Assembly: GCF_001194135.2 (NCBI RefSeq)
Contig: NC_068989.1
Span: 73,999,832 to 74,063,831, forward strand
DNA length: 64,000 nucleotides
Direction: 5' to 3'
DNA from: Octopus bimaculoides
Taxonomy: Eukaryota
Under the pieces are notes generated by a model, which was not told where the DNA came from, did no database searches, and worked only from the letters and a program-made list of their open reading frames with translations. Position numbers and translations under genes: made by a program. Every line of letters starts with the position of its first letter. The stretch's first letter is position 1. Of the stretch, positions 38,306-52,887 are shown piece after piece.

Positions 38306-39076
38306 ACACAGATACATGTATTACGAAGCAATAATACATAGAAGCCCGTTGAGTGAAATCAATACAAATTGGGAAATTTGATGTTTCTACCTGATTTCCT
38401 CTTTCCAAACAAATCTTTTTCACTTCATCTATTGCAATAACAGGCATGGACATTAAATGGTAGGACATCGATTTATCTCTACCCTCCTTTCAATAGCCTA
38501 TGAATCTACAACGAAAATATGTGAAACGAAACAGGTGACGATTTCTTCAACTAAGGCGTGATACATATATATGTGTGTGCGTGTTTGTATGTGTCCGTTT
38601 GCATGTATGTACACTCATATACACGTACATGTATGTATTTGTACACACACACACATATATGTGTATGTATCTGTGTGCAATACATAAATACATACGCAAA
38701 CACTTGTGCCTTGATAAGTATATACATACATTTTTTCTACATAAACACACAAATTGCAATATATATGTATATATATATATATATATATTTATTTATTTAT
38801 TTATTTATGTGTTTCAGCCAAGTGGCTGCGGTCATGCTGGTGCATATATATATATATATAGATAGATAGATAGATAGATAGATTAGATAGATAAAGAGAT
38901 AGATAAATAGATAGATAAATAGACAGGTAGGTAGATAGATATGAATATATATATGTGTGTGTTGTGGGGGGGTTCCCTATATTCATTCATATATACATGT
39001 ATATATACTCAAATTCATAATTAAACTCCCATCGTTTCCATAAACTTATATACTATTTCGTTTGTATTTTTTTACT

Positions 39077-39185
39077 AATATTTCGATTATTAGAAATCGG
39101 TAGTAATATTTTTTTTCTAATTTGTTCACCAATTTATAGACGTAGAGCTATTTTCAACGCATGTGTAAAAGTACAGAGAAATCTG
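39077..39185 (+). repeat. Interspersed repeat, copy 1 (copy 2 at 41671-41790)
   Basis: Identical 26-mer aatatttcgattattagaaatcggta, then colinear similarity (tttatagacg, aaaagtaca.agaa). Confidence 0.85.
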
Positions 39186-40327
39186 TATCGGGAAACTTAC
39201 CATGAAATTGCTTTATCCATCAAAAAAGTATAGAATTTCCCGATAATGTTACGGATGAGTGTACGGGGAAGAAAGTATATGGAACAAATTCCTTATTCTT
39301 TTAGCAGAAAAAAAATCTATTACTTTATTTTCTGTCTGTAAAAAAAATAGAATATTGAAAAATATAAATTTTAAAAGATGAACACAATACATCTGTCATG
39401 TGAATAATGACGTGAAAACTTAAGAAGTCTACCATTTGCATGTGAAGACATATGGCTGACAGACCTTAAACGCCACTTTGTTGAAAACACTGCATGGTTC
39501 TTGAGTGACACTAATTAACAAAGTTCATTATATTGCAATAATTTGGATAGGACCTGTTGACTCAATTTAAACACATATTTCTCCTTTGCATGCATTTATT
39601 TATCATTGATATTATTAAATATCAGTCGCAAAAATTCTCAGCTATATACCACACAATTCGTATCCGTTGATTAACCTATACTAAAGAAAATGAACTTTAG
39701 TTACCTCACTAAACAAATGTAAACAAAAATGCAGTGTGCTTGTTTATTAGAAAAGGATTGACACTATTGGTTTCATTTGATTAAATACAATGCACGATTT
39801 TCCTTAGGAGAGGAAGTGTGATATTTTCCACAAAAGTGTTTGATATGAAATGGCTTCAGTTTTTCACAACCGAAACACGTTACATTCTGGGCTCTTGAGT
39901 CGTATAACTATCGATCAACGGAATAGCAAAAGATTTCAGAAAATATACCTCCATTTCTTGTTTGGTGTAAGTTTGTTTTATTTGACTCTTGCTTTGTAAT
40001 TTGGTCAAAGTTTGACTGTTTTCTCGATTTGCACACATGCGCACATACTGATACAAGATTTGTGGTATTATTACACATTCCTGTCAATAATACTACATAG
40101 CAATTTTTTTTTGTTTTTTTGTCTTTGGTCAGCGTTATTTCCTATTTGCTTCTATCTAGAAATCAAAGGAAATGACTACTATTACCTTCAAACATTGCTT
40201 TTGCAACTTGAACATCAATGTTTTGAAACTGACCAATTTTACATTACATTTCAGAAAGAATCACCGCTGAGTTGCTGAAGCAGAAACAGCGCTATAGCAA
40301 ATATAATACCATAGCTTTGCTTCACTT

Positions 40328-40562
40328 TAACCCCTTCAGCATGTCCCTTTGTGATTGAAAATACGTGCATTTCTGATCATGAGTAGGAATAGTTGGGTTA
40401 GTGTCATAGCCATGTGTTGACAGAGATTCTTTCGGGTTTGAATAAATGTAACAAAAACAAGGTTTGAAGGAAATATTAGCCATTCTTCATTCTTTCTAGG
40501 TTTAAGCAAATAGGAAGTAACATTTGCTACCCAAGGACAAAAATCGTGTTACACAGTGTAAT
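40328..40562. mobile_element. Possible piggyBac-type MITE
   Basis: Begins TTAA-CCCCTTCAGC (TTAA target plus CCC end); right end degenerate. Confidence 0.35.
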
Positions 40563-40619
40563 TAGAAGATAAGTATTTCCTTTCCCATCACTTCCCCTAA
40601 ATTTCTTTGAATGTGTAAG

Positions 40620-40728
40620 AAATATAACCCGAACATTGTGACCAGTACTTTCTATAAATTATTTCTAAACATCTGTGAGAGCTGTGGCAGTCACAATAAT
40701 TTCGTTTACTATCGTCTGTGTCCACGAG
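40620..40728 (+). CDS. Candidate coding exon KYNPNIVTSTFYKLFLNICESCGSHNNFVYYRLCPR, unverified
   Basis: Pyrimidine tract plus taag acceptor; GAG|gtatgt donor; open frame with three Cys; phase 0 start fits the 15049 donor. Confidence 0.2.
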
Positions 40729-41298
40729 GTATGTAGTCTGCTTTTTCCATTAGGTCGGGTAACTATGTTGTAGCATTTTCCTCTATTGTATCTATTTCTT
40801 CATTTCATTTTCTGCCACCCTTGGTAGCAAGCAAAGTCTCAATTTTATATCTCTGTCACTTCTTTTGTAATGTCTCTCTGTTTCCTCTTTTATTAACCTT
40901 TTTCTATCAGTAGCACTCTTACTCTCTCTTTAATGTAAATATTACTTTGTAAGCAGTATTCAATATATTTCACCTCACCCTCCTGCGTTTCGTTAAATAT
41001 CTGTGTGCGTGTGTGTGTGTGTGTGTTTATGTATGCACACATACACATATATGACTGCATATGATAGGTTTCCATCAACATAATTCTTTTTCTTATTATC
41101 CACACCCCATCACTTTTTCTCTGTCGGTTTCTTTGTATAATGCCAGTATCTTAACACATTTTTATCCTATATGTACATATCCGATTTTGTGATATGCAAC
41201 AAGTCCTGTTCTCGTGTGTCAAAGGTGTGCGTTGTGCAAAGTCTATAAGGGATTGTCTAGCAAAAATACTGATATGAAAGTGTGCTTTCATTGTAGGC

Positions 41299-41371
<73 letters not shown>

Positions 41372-41670
41372 TATATATATCTGACGTTCACACATGCGTA
41401 CAAACAAGCACATATGAAAAATATCAAATACACATACACACAGCATATAAGGCTTTTTGTATATATGAATATATGTGCTTACAGATGTGTGTGTATGTGT
41501 GTACATATATTTTACGCACAGAGTAGAAACATCTATATGCATACGTATATTTACTCATACACATACACACACACATACACACACATGCACATATATGTAG
41601 ACGTATGGCTTTACACCAAGATCGCTTCCATAACTTACTTATCTACTTAGTTCTCTTATATATTTTCATG

Positions 41671-41790
41671 AATATTTCGATTATTAGAAATCGGTAAGTA
41701 TATTTCTTTTTTTTTCCTATTTTCGAATTTGTTTACCAGTTTATAGACGCCGTGTTGTATTCAATGCATGACTAAAAGTACATAGAAGAT
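41671..41790 (+). repeat. Interspersed repeat, copy 2 of 39077-39185
   Basis: Same 26-mer and colinear similarity as copy 1. Confidence 0.85.
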
Positions 41791-42059
41791 TCTATCTGAA
41801 AACCTATCAGAAAATCATTTTCCCACGGGAAAACATCTCCCTCCTCCTCTCAAAACAACGCGAATAATTTTTAAAAATGAAAATCTAAGAATTGATGTGG
41901 CGATAAAGAGGAGTCATTTATCGATTTCCATAAAGCAATATTCTCTTCACAGGACATTCTATTGTTTGCTTCATATTTGTAAATACAATAAACTATCAAA
42001 TATCAAAAATAAAGAAACCAATATTTTATAATGTGATGTGATATTGACATGCTCTAAAT

Positions 42060-42293
42060 TGCTCGGATGTGATTAGAATGTCAACGGGAAAGAACCGCAA
42101 GACGGATTCTTCAAGTCGAACCAGGTGACAGGAGACCCTGAGACAGACCAAGAATGAAATGGTTGAATCTCAGTTGATTTTTAGGAAACCAACCGGAATT
42201 TCTAATAACAGTTGCTTCTGATAGCACCCTATGGAGGAGGTGCCTAAAGACTCTACCCGCTTATGAACCTCCCAGGTGATGAAGATGGATGGT
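42060..42293 (+). mobile_element. RTE-clade (Rex3/Expander-like) LINE 3' end
   Basis: VIRMST/(fs)ERTARRILQVEPGDRRP*DRPRMKWL...VASDSTLWRRCLKTLP, then a gatggatgg tail. Confidence 0.75.
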
Positions 42294-44060
42294 ATTGAAA
42301 CCTAAATCGGTTGGCTGTGACCAAATGTCAGCTTTGGTTTACAGTTGAATGCAATTCATCTCTTAAGGGCAGTAGTGTCAATCCGTCACCCTGTTCAAGA
42401 CCACTGTCGGATCATTGCGTAGCTCTACTTTCCAGTATGTTCTCTGTTGCAAGCATTCTGATTAGATCCGTTTGTTCACTCTCGGCTTATGTTTTTCCTG
42501 TGGACATTAACGTGCAGATTGGGCAGGGAATGCAAAACGCTCAGTAATATGGGAAGACCTGCAAACCTCATGAGTAACATCATTAATTTTCTCTGCTATT
42601 TAATTAAAAAAAACCCACTCATCCATTGAGCAACAAGTGTTTTCTTCGTCTTTCCCTCAGTTTGTCCAAAATTTTCTTTTGGTTTTTAAGCAGAATAAGC
42701 AACATATTGCAATTTAGCACTTACAATAAATGATAAATGATTTCTAAATATAAGTAACAGACAGACGAATTAAAATTATTTTCATATTGTCTGTGTTAAC
42801 CAAGTATGACGTCTGTTTTTTCTATTAGGTCAGGTGGCAGTTTGTCGTCTGAAAAATATATCTTTTTCTATATCTGTCTCATTCATTCCTGTTACTCTCA
42901 GTAGTAACATCTAACTTTTTTTCTTTTTCTCCTCCTACCCTCAGCATTTCTAGTGTCTGTCTTCCTCTACTACCCTCTCGTTTTCTAGCATATGTCTTTT
43001 ACATCTTCTTCTCCCACCCCAACATTTTAATGATCTGTCTTTATCTTTCTCTTTTCTCCCCCACTGCTTTTGTTAATGTCCATTTTGTTTTATATATCTC
43101 CTTCAGTAGCAGCTTGTCTGTCTCCCTGTCTCATCTCTCTCTATCTCTCTCTCACTCGCTCTTTCGCTTTCTACTTCTCTCGTCGGTGATATTACTTACC
43201 TGTACGTAACATTGTATATAATTTATCTTTCTTTAACACTGCATAGTTTGCATTTTCATCATAACACCTCTTTCACTTTTGTTATATCTATTTTCGATCA
43301 GCTTTTCCTCCATCCTTCTTCATTTATGCACTTTTTCTTCTCGACTCAAAACATTAATAATTTATATATACAACAGATATGACATGCAATGATTCTATTA
43401 CAATATAATATAGTGTAGTATCATAACTCAATGTGTGTTTTGTAATAGAAAAAACCCATTCATGTATGTATATTCGCGTATGTGTAATCAGAGTATGTTT
43501 ACACATACACAGGCACGCAATACAAATACACAACTCGTACACGTATATTTATATACATGTATGTATATAAACAACAGATAAATTGATAAAATTGTAATAT
43601 ATCTTGAATTATTAAAATAGTAAGTAAGATGGTTTTAACTTTTCCTAGATATATTTTTGTTCGGGTGGATGTCTGAAGAATGATCTAACAATATGGTAAT
43701 ACATTCAATATCAAACGATTTCATTTCTTTATAAAGTATGTTTTAAAAGGTAATCCGTTCTCCCACCCAAAAGAACAATCGTTAAATAATGTCGTTCATT
43801 AATATTGAGTAAATGGTAGCCATTGTTATTTTGTGGTATAACAAAACTTAACTAGCAACAAAGAACATCTGTCGTCTCTTAGTAACCGTACGACTCATTT
43901 CGTGCGTATGTCGTCAAAATTTCATCAGCAATTCCTATTTCGGATGTCGCTCTATTTTTTTTATAATATATTCTGTATCTACGATCTAAACCAAACATCC
44001 CAATCACTAAGCCATGCGCCTTGACTTATATATATATATATATTAATTTTAATCCTTCGG

Positions 44061-44098
<38 letters not shown>

Positions 44099-44883
44099 NN
44101 NNNNNNNNNNNNNNNNNNNNNNNNNNNNNNNNNNNNNNNNNNNNNNNNNNNNNNNNNNNNNNNNNNNNNNNNNNNNNNNNNNNNNNNNNNNNNNNNNNNN
44201 NNNNNNNNNNNNNNNNNNNNNNNNNNNNNNNNNNNNNNNNNNNNNNNNNNNNNNNNNNNNNNNNNNNNNNNNNNNNNNNNNNNNNNNNNNNNNNNNNNNN
44301 NNNNNNNNNNNNNNNNNNNNNNNNNNNNNNNNNNNNNNNNNNNNNNNNNNNNNNNNNNNNNNNNNNNNNNNNNNNNNNNNNNNNNNNNNNNNNNNNNNNN
44401 NNNNNNNNNNNNNNNNNNNNNNNNNNNNNNNNNNNNNNNNNNNNNNNNNNNNNNNNNNNNNNNNNNNNNNNNNNNNNNNNNNNNNNNNNNNNNNNNNNNN
44501 NNNNNNNNNNNNNNNNNNNNNNNNNNNNNNNNNNNNNNNNNNNNNNNNNNNNNNNNNNNNNNNNNNNNNNNNNNNNNNNNNNNNNNNNNTATATACATGT
44601 ATATATAAATATACATGCATACGTACATATTTATACATATGTATATGTGTGTGTGTGTGTGCGTGTAGACGGATAGATAGATAGATATAGAGATAGATAG
44701 ATAGATAGATAGATTGACAGATAGAGAAAGGTTAACCTGCATATGAGAATAGTATCTGAGCGCCCTAAAAGCAGTGTGTTTAAGTAATATAAATTGGAAA
44801 GAGATTTCTATTCTTTCGTTAGTTCCTACAAGTTCATCGCAGCAATAAAATGTGCATGCATATATGTGTGTGTGTATGTGTGT

Positions 44884-44961
<78 letters not shown>

Positions 44962-45008
44962 GCGTCTGTTTGTGCGTCAGTGTGTATCTCCACGCTTGCC
45001 AGCGTGTG

Positions 45009-45049
<41 letters not shown>

Positions 45050-45595
45050 GACTTGAATGTCTATATTGAACAATATCTCTCAGCAACACATGTTCCCATG
45101 TCGAACTTATTTCTCAGTTCCTTTAGAATTCTTGGAAACCGTTGAGATGCTAACGTAAGCAATACGACATTCTTTCGTGCTGTTCCAGTTAAATTACCTT
45201 TATGCCTTTTACAAGAACGAGAACAATATTGATTGTTATAAAACCTTGTCTCTTGCGTCGTATACTTTCAATACTTATACAGTCATCTGGAGTGAAAATT
45301 CGGGCATTCAACTTCGTTTATAGGTTTATAATATGATTAGAGCACGATTTAAATGATAGATGTAATTTTTAAGTGGCAATAACTATGGAAGCCATGTAAG
45401 TCAATGACAGGTAGCCCGTCTTGTCCTCCATATTTTAGGAATATAATACTCGACTTATGAAGATTTAGAAATATTTATTCCTTTTTTTTTTTTGCTGCTG
45501 TGGTTGTTGCTGTTATGCTTTGCCTGAGGTCAGTCATGATCGAGCAAGTCTTTAATCACACATATTACAGCAGCGATCTCACATATTTTTCTATG

Positions 45596-45760
45596 GACAG
45601 GCGTGGCTGTGCGGTAAGAAGTTTGCATCCCGACCACACGGTTTCAGGTTCAGTCCCACTGCATGGCACCTTGGACTAGTGTCTTCTACTATAACCTCGG
45701 AATGACCAAAGTCTTGTAAGTGGATTTGTTTGACGAAAACTGAAAGAGGCCCTTCGCGTA
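45596..45760 (+). mobile_element. SINE family 1, 5' half
   Basis: ggcgtggctgtgcggtaagaag...caggttcagtcccactgcatggcaccttgg. Confidence 0.9.
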
Positions 45761-45841
45761 TATATATATATATAATTTTTTTCAGAATGAGATAAAAAAA
45801 AACCAAGGGTGTGAAGATTTTAGAACATTTATAAGTAGAAG

Positions 45842-45889
45842 GTCTTATAGCTGTTTCCAGGATATTTATTATATCTCTTCATCGGAGAC
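45842..45889 (-). ncRNA. Hammerhead-like motif, degenerate
   Basis: Minus strand: GTCT-CCGATGA-AGAGATAT-AATAA-ATATCCTG-GAAAC-AGCT-AT-A-AGAC; stem I GTCT/AGAC perfect; stem III has a G>A change. Confidence 0.55.
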
Positions 45890-47704
45890 AGTGTGATAGA
45901 ATGGTTAAGCAATAGTTAATTTAGATGAGATACGAAATAGAGAGTGAAGTGGAGGAATGAAAATAGATGTGAGATTTGCAGGGATATTGCATTTGTAGAT
46001 CCATTATTTAGGCAGAATGGTATATATATATATATATATATATAGCAAATGAAAGACAGATGATGGAACATACGAGAATTTATTATTACTCGCAACGTTT
46101 GTTTCGACACATCTAGCATCGATTCCTCTTGGGTGACACACTGAACAACTAGTTCAAGAACATCCGGTGGTGCAGATGTATCTCGTTGGGTGATAAATAA
46201 ATAAATACAACTCGTTAAAATGACTGTTCCACAATGTAGCTTTCCGTTTTGTAGAGAGAAGAACAGCCAGGCGGAGGAAATATCTTCATATATATATATA
46301 TATAGAAGCACAAAAATAAAATTGCAGATGACAAAAACAGAAACGAACACGTAGTCCAGCGAGAAAAGTATATGTATGTATGTATGTATGTGTGTGTGTG
46401 TGTTTCTGTGTGTGTGTGTCTGTGGTATGATGAACTTTAAAGATTTCCTCGCTAATCATAACAGACGACAACTACCAGGTTTTCTCGTAATTAAGAAAAA
46501 AAAGATACAAACTAATAATAACTAAAGTGAGCTTATATATCCTTGCTACTGTGACTAAGCATTAGATACCAAATCATTTCTTGATTCAGAAGTCTTTATG
46601 AGGCAAGATTTAACGAAATGTAAATGTTTAAAAGCTACTCATCAGCTATCTTCGTGGCCTTTAGTTTTTTTTCCTTTTTTGTATTTGTACGTAGCATTTT
46701 GTCAGTTTGTTATTGTAAACAACAACAACAACAACAACAACAACGACAGCAGTACCAACAACTATGTCGATGATGATGTCGATGATACCAAATACAATAA
46801 CAACATCAATTAACGAGGGATGTTAATAGCTACTAACGGGACACGTGAATATTTCCCGGAATTAATGGTAAACATATTGGGTTACTTCTGAATACTTTAT
46901 CCAAAAACACCTGAAAGCATAGCCTGTGTTTTGTCTGTATGGAAATTGGAATACGATGATTACTTAATGCATTTTATATATACGATTTATATACTTTATG
47001 AATAATTTTATAGACTTAATACACAGCACTCATAAAATAAATATTCACTTTTCTTTTTCCTTTTTCTCCATAAACAACAACAAAAAGAAATCCCGTATAT
47101 ATGATACAACCTTTAGTTAAATTGCACATATCTGCCACGTAAGTCAGTGTTAATATTATGCGCATGCGTTAAGTGATAGATGATACAAAAAACTTGGTTC
47201 AATTTTTTTTAAATACACTTTTTACTATCCAATCACCATCACCACGACCTCCATCTCCACCACCGGTACCACCACCACCACCACCACCACCACCACCNNN
47301 NNNNNNNNNNNNNNNNNNNNNNNNNNNNNNNNNNNNNNNNNNNNNNNNNNNNNNNNNNNNNNNNNNNNNNNNNNNNNNNNNNNNNNNNNNNNNNNNNNNN
47401 NNNNNNNNNNNNNNNNNNNNNNNNNNNNNNNNNNNNNNNNNNNNNNTCCACCGTCACCACTACCACCACCACTATCATCATCTCGCTCTCCCTCTCTCCC
47501 TCCTCTCCCTTTCCTCTCTCCCACTCCTCTCCCCCAGTCTCTCTGTCTCTCCCCGCTCTCTCACTCTGCCATTCTTTAACCTCACCATCAGAATATCACC
47601 CCTCTGCTAAAATTATATTTCTAACTCTCCCCCTCTACCTTCAACTAACGTTTTTAACAACATAATAAATATTATGTTCCTCCGCCTCACGTCATGGACG
47701 CTTC

Positions 47705-47781
47705 TCTCTCCCTCTTTTTCTCCCTCCCTCTATTCTCCCTCTTTTTCTCCCTCCCTCTATTCTCCCTCTTTTCTCCCTCCC
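47705..47781. repeat. ~27-bp pyrimidine tandem repeat, about 2.7 copies
   Basis: ctccctctttttctccctccctctatt repeated. Confidence 0.85.
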
Positions 47782-50700
47782 ACTTTTATTTTCTCTTTTT
47801 CCCTTTTTTTCCTCAATCACGTGACAGCGTTACCGACGAGCTAAGTAACACAATGACAAGCAGAATTATTATAAGATATTAGTCATCTTAAAAGTTTCGC
47901 GGAGCTGTAATTTACATCAATTTGGTGTTACGTTTACAACTAAAAACACCATAGCTGAGAAAGCGGAAAGTCTTGGAAATGGAACGTTAGAAAGATGTTC
48001 ACACTTGGTATACAATTTTTAGGCTCTTGTATCAATTTTTAGCCTTAAAAATTAAGGAGGTTATCTTGCATGGAACTGAATGTTTATATGTACTAACATA
48101 TTTAGAACAAAACACAGGAAAGCATAAATTTCTCATATCATTTATACGTTGCTCTCAACTAGCGCTTTATCTAATTCTATATATACATGCAATTATATTC
48201 CACGAGGATTTGCTGCATTGTAATAATGTAATGGAGTTTAACAATAAATTTTTATTTGAGCTCTGCAATACACTGATATATTTTATCATGTATAAACATC
48301 AATTCACCGTATAGATACGCAAGAACATAAACAAATAAGCAAAATAGTTAAAGTATCATGTATTGAAAAAAAAATTGATACGTGTTCAGGCCGTGCCGGA
48401 GTGCTCCTTATCTGCATTTCGGTTCTTCATGTGGGAGAAATATAACATCTCTATCAAGACTATCCTGACAGCAAACAATCTTGTATTTTGACAGAGTTAA
48501 TCATTAATTTGTGATGACTAACACCAACCGATATAGGAAACCTAGTATTTTCTTTTACAACAATACAGAAGTATTGTTGATCTCTTCGCCGACTAGACTT
48601 TATCCCTAACAAATTTTGACCATATCACTTGGCAAAATAAATCAATATTTATTTATTTTCTTTCATTAGATAAATTTAAATTTCTATTGACAGATGATAA
48701 TAATATAATTCATTCTTGTCGAGATTGGGAAATTTTAGTTGTAATTCTTCCTTCTTTCTTTACGCCTTTCTGCTGCAATTAATAATTCAACGACACTAGA
48801 ATAATGTAATCTAAATAACTAGTTAAAATTTAAACAAACACTAGAAATCTAAGGAGACAAATCTGATTTGCAATAATTTATAAAGCATAAAGCGATGACA
48901 AAATGAAAGAGACAGAATGAAAACATGGAGAATAATAGACAAAAAAAAAATAATAATAATAATGAAAAATAGAACATTCGAAACATTCAAAGAAGATAAG
49001 AAAGTATCTTAACATGAGTCTTATTGAGAGATGAACTGGAATTGAAAATATTACCATATTCTGTCAACGAATTAGACTATCATTAATGTATATATCAGTA
49101 ATGAGTAATGTAGAAAACTGGTGTGACAAAATTATAGATGTAGTGTTTCATCTATAAAATAGGACGTCATGCTTACAATAGCTTCTAATGTTTGTTCATA
49201 GACACTGAGAAATTCAATTGCAATTTATTAGTATTTTATATTAAGTTTTGTTTCGTCTCTGTTTATTACAGTTAAATGAAATGTTTGTTAACAACCATTA
49301 TTTTTCAAGACTTGCAGCTCGTTAAGTGGGAGTTAAATTAAACTGACGGATGAAACGTCGAAGGGGTTCGAATACCAGGCCGTTGACATCTAATGTCTGT
49401 TGCAATGACACTTATAATCACAAAAGCTGAAAACATGTGACAAATAGACAGTGAATACTACAGTTATGTTATCTAACCCCATGCCAACAATGGCTGCAGT
49501 GCAATGACTGAAAGAAGTAAAAAAAGATATCATTTAGTATTTAATATAAGCAACCCAGCTGAAATATAGGAAAGTGAGCTACTGAAGTCAATCTACAGTA
49601 TGGAAAAACAGGAAATTTCTTATTTAAAGTCGTGTTACTCTTCGTTTTAACGTCTTACTGATTCCATGCTGTTATAAAATGCATAGTGTAAAATTACGTT
49701 AGTGTTTTGTGCTGGACATGAAAAAGTATTACAAGCGAGATGATCTTGTCTTTTCGGAAGACTGAATCACACTTTGTCACCTGATGTAGTGAGATCATTC
49801 AGTGGAAAATATTTATTTGTCTACTTGCCCACAGGAATAGTGGCAATCGAAGTGTAACCATTTGTTTTGGCTTCAGGGATGGAGTAAATACGAAATTGCC
49901 TTCATAAATACATTAGTAAAGTTAGGTGAAATGTCTCACAGAGAACGGAAACCTAACAAATTCTGCGGCTATTGGTCATTAATTGTTATTCTTGTTTCTC
50001 TTGCTGCTATTTTTGTTGTTGCTGTTGTTTAGACCTGACCTATAATGAAAGGTGTTCCATCTACAACCATCTACTTTTTCTCAGACTGAAGTTTAGCTTA
50101 TTTTGAAAGAGGAGAGTAAGTTTTGCAAAACTGAATTAAAAATCATTTCAAGGCACCCTCCGGTGAAGATTAGTTTATAGTTAAGAAGCCTTTTAGTAAT
50201 AAACGTATGTAATATGTGCAAACCAATCCGTTAAACGCGCATTTACATGTATAATCATTCAGTTTGACAAAATGGAACGAAAGAAATATTACTGAAAATA
50301 GAAATGATGTGATTTTGATAACAACCACAAATCTTAAGTGGAAATAGACAAATATAACGGAATTGAATTAATGAGAAAATAGCGGCAGAATAAGCTTCAG
50401 CAGAAAATTAATTGAAATGAAACTTCAAGAGGTTCTTACCGATATTAGTGGAATATCGCGAACAAAATGATTAACAAAGAAAGCTTTTAAGATGAGCGAT
50501 GAAAGACTAAGATAAAAGCAGTCAATTTCTTTGTATTATGTTATACTATTTAAAATCTTTGAGAAAGGCGCAATTTTTATTTATGTTTATATTAATTTGT
50601 TTTTCATCATAACGAAACGAGAAACAATGAAGTAATAGTAGCAGAGTTCCACCAATTCTATAATTTATACACAAAAGCATCAGGAAATATGTTTCATAAT

Positions 50701-51377
50701 AACTGCTAAAAGTTAACGGAAATTTCATTATATATGTTATACTTTTGAAGTATCATTGCCGTAAAGCTGGAATAATGTTTTTGTGTAACTTACAATATGT
50801 GTGCTACTTTGTTGTTTTATTTCAGTGTTACGTAGTATCAAGTCAGTGACATTTTGTGTTACGAAGTTATCAAATCAGCGACATTTTAACATATGCTAAA
50901 TAGTTCACGGTGAAGAAAAATATTACTTTCCCTACGGAGAGTTTGAAGACATATTGGAATATGTATATCTTTTAAACCAAAAACTAAGTAAGAACTCGTC
51001 ACCGGAATCTACAACATAAACGGGTCGCTGCATTACTGCAGCTCCTGAAGGTGTCTGTGTTTATGAAAGTGAATAAGGCTATCGGAAGATATTTTTGCCC
51101 TCCGTCCATCTGAAAAAACGTCATATGATGAGAAAAAGCAAACAAAATTGTTTTGTAAATGTTAAAAAATTCAATTTTAACGCTAATTACTCAAACATAC
51201 TATCTACAGGAAAACAGTAAAGTTAATGCTAACATAATTCAGTGAACGTCATCGACCTAATTCGAAATAAGCAACATTAGCGCGACGATCATTTCTGCTT
51301 TATCTTAGTCTATTTCCAACTCTTCTTAGATTTCGTTTACAATATCATATCATTTCATTCTTTAATACATTCTAGCA

Positions 51378-51549
51378 GATTCGAATGTGAATATCTGACC
51401 GCTCTTGTTTGTTCATCACCAACTTTTAGATGACATGTGTTCATACCGCAATTTTCTTAATTGGTGGAGTGGTGAACACTCACCGACTAAAAGAGAAAAA
51501 CGCTCTCTGACGACATACAAACAAACCATCAGATATTCACGTTCGAATC
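51378..51549. mobile_element. Small inverted-repeat (MITE-like) element
   Basis: gattcgaatgtgaatatctga (51378-51398) versus tcagatattcacgttcgaatc (51529-51549), 20 of 21 complementary; ttgtttgt/acaaacaa further inside. Confidence 0.7.
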
Positions 51550-51574
51550 GACCAGAAAATATGAACGATGAATA

Positions 51575-51695
51575 AATGCGTTACTACATCGACCCCAGTG
51601 TTTCACCTGCACTTAATTTACCAACCCAGAAAGGAGGCAAAATTCGAAATCAGAACGTAGTGACTGTCGAAATACTGTTAAGCATTTCGTCCAAC
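51575..51695 (-). mobile_element. SINE family 2 fragment
   Basis: atcgaccccagtg...acttaatttaccaacccagaaaggaggcaaaattcgaaatcagaacg. Confidence 0.7.
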
Positions 51696-52809
51696 AACAA
51701 TAATGAGAGGAAGATGTTGATGAAGGAGGAGGAAGAGCTCATTGTATATAGTACTCAAGTGCATCATAATTCATCGGAAGAGGCTACACGGATAAAAAGA
51801 AAGCATCAATAAGTACAGCAAAAAAAAAAAAAAAATGAGCAATGAAATCCAGAAGGACAGTACCCAATAAAACGCAAAAAAGGCACATCAGGGGTAGTTT
51901 CAGAGGAAGATATTTGTAAACGATAGTAAAGAAAATAGTACCAATTACAGTTATTCTTTTCGAAGTATTATACAGCATAAAAAAAGGAGACAAGAAAAGT
52001 ACAGCGTTATTGCAAATCAAATTCTATTTGGGCGAATTTAACTTAACAATCGAAAGCCATTATACTAATGAGCATTTCATCTGAGAGTAGAATTAATTTC
52101 AATAATGGAAATTGTATTCCCAAACATGGTACAGTTTAAAATATGTGAAGAATATCCTGTGAAAGCGAAAGGAAAATCTAATGTGGATTTACAGTGAACA
52201 CTTAAAATATGCTTGCTCTAAGACGAAGTCTCACTAACAGAATTTCGGCTTCTATTAAAACCTTAATGTAAACCACTAGTTAGGCGCATAATAATAATTA
52301 ATAAAATAGGTACGAGATAAAATATTTTCGATGAGAGGATATAGACCACAACAACTTCAATATCTTGTCATTATTGCATTTCAGAAATTTTCAAAGGATG
52401 TAATGCAGAAAGAGAAATCATGTGTATTTTAACTGAAAACGTAAGGGAATGTAAGTAAACACTTCAAAACGCTCAATGTCTTGATCTGGTTCACTTGTTA
52501 CAACCTCTTATACACTGGTTTCTAACGCTGACACAGAAAAGCAACTGATCTCCATCAGCTTCAGCTAGATTAAAATCATATCCGTATATTCGATGTATGA
52601 ATAAACACACACACACGCACACGCGCGCGCACACGCACATTCACACACACATAAACACCCTCACACACATCCTCACACACACACGCACATACACATGCAA
52701 ACACACAAATATAAATACATAAACACATAAACACGTATATATATATTTATCTATATATTTGTACATATATTCATATACATTTATGAATATATATATTTGT
52801 ATATATATA

Positions 52810-52887
<78 letters not shown>

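Noticed and set aside
37929-38468. ORF starting MSYHLMSMPVIAIDEVKKICLERGNQ
   Set aside because: Most of its length is (CT)/(TCTA) repeat; the strong upstream acceptor gives stops in all frames; no homology recognised
43885-43934. Minus-strand CTGATGA...GAAAT...GTA arrangement
   Set aside because: Stem II does not pair at its base and stem III differs from the family; probably chance
50935-51110. Minus-strand peptide TPSGAAVMQRPVYVVDSGDEFLLSFWFKR
   Set aside because: Weak donor and a phase incompatible with the other minus-strand candidates; too short to assign
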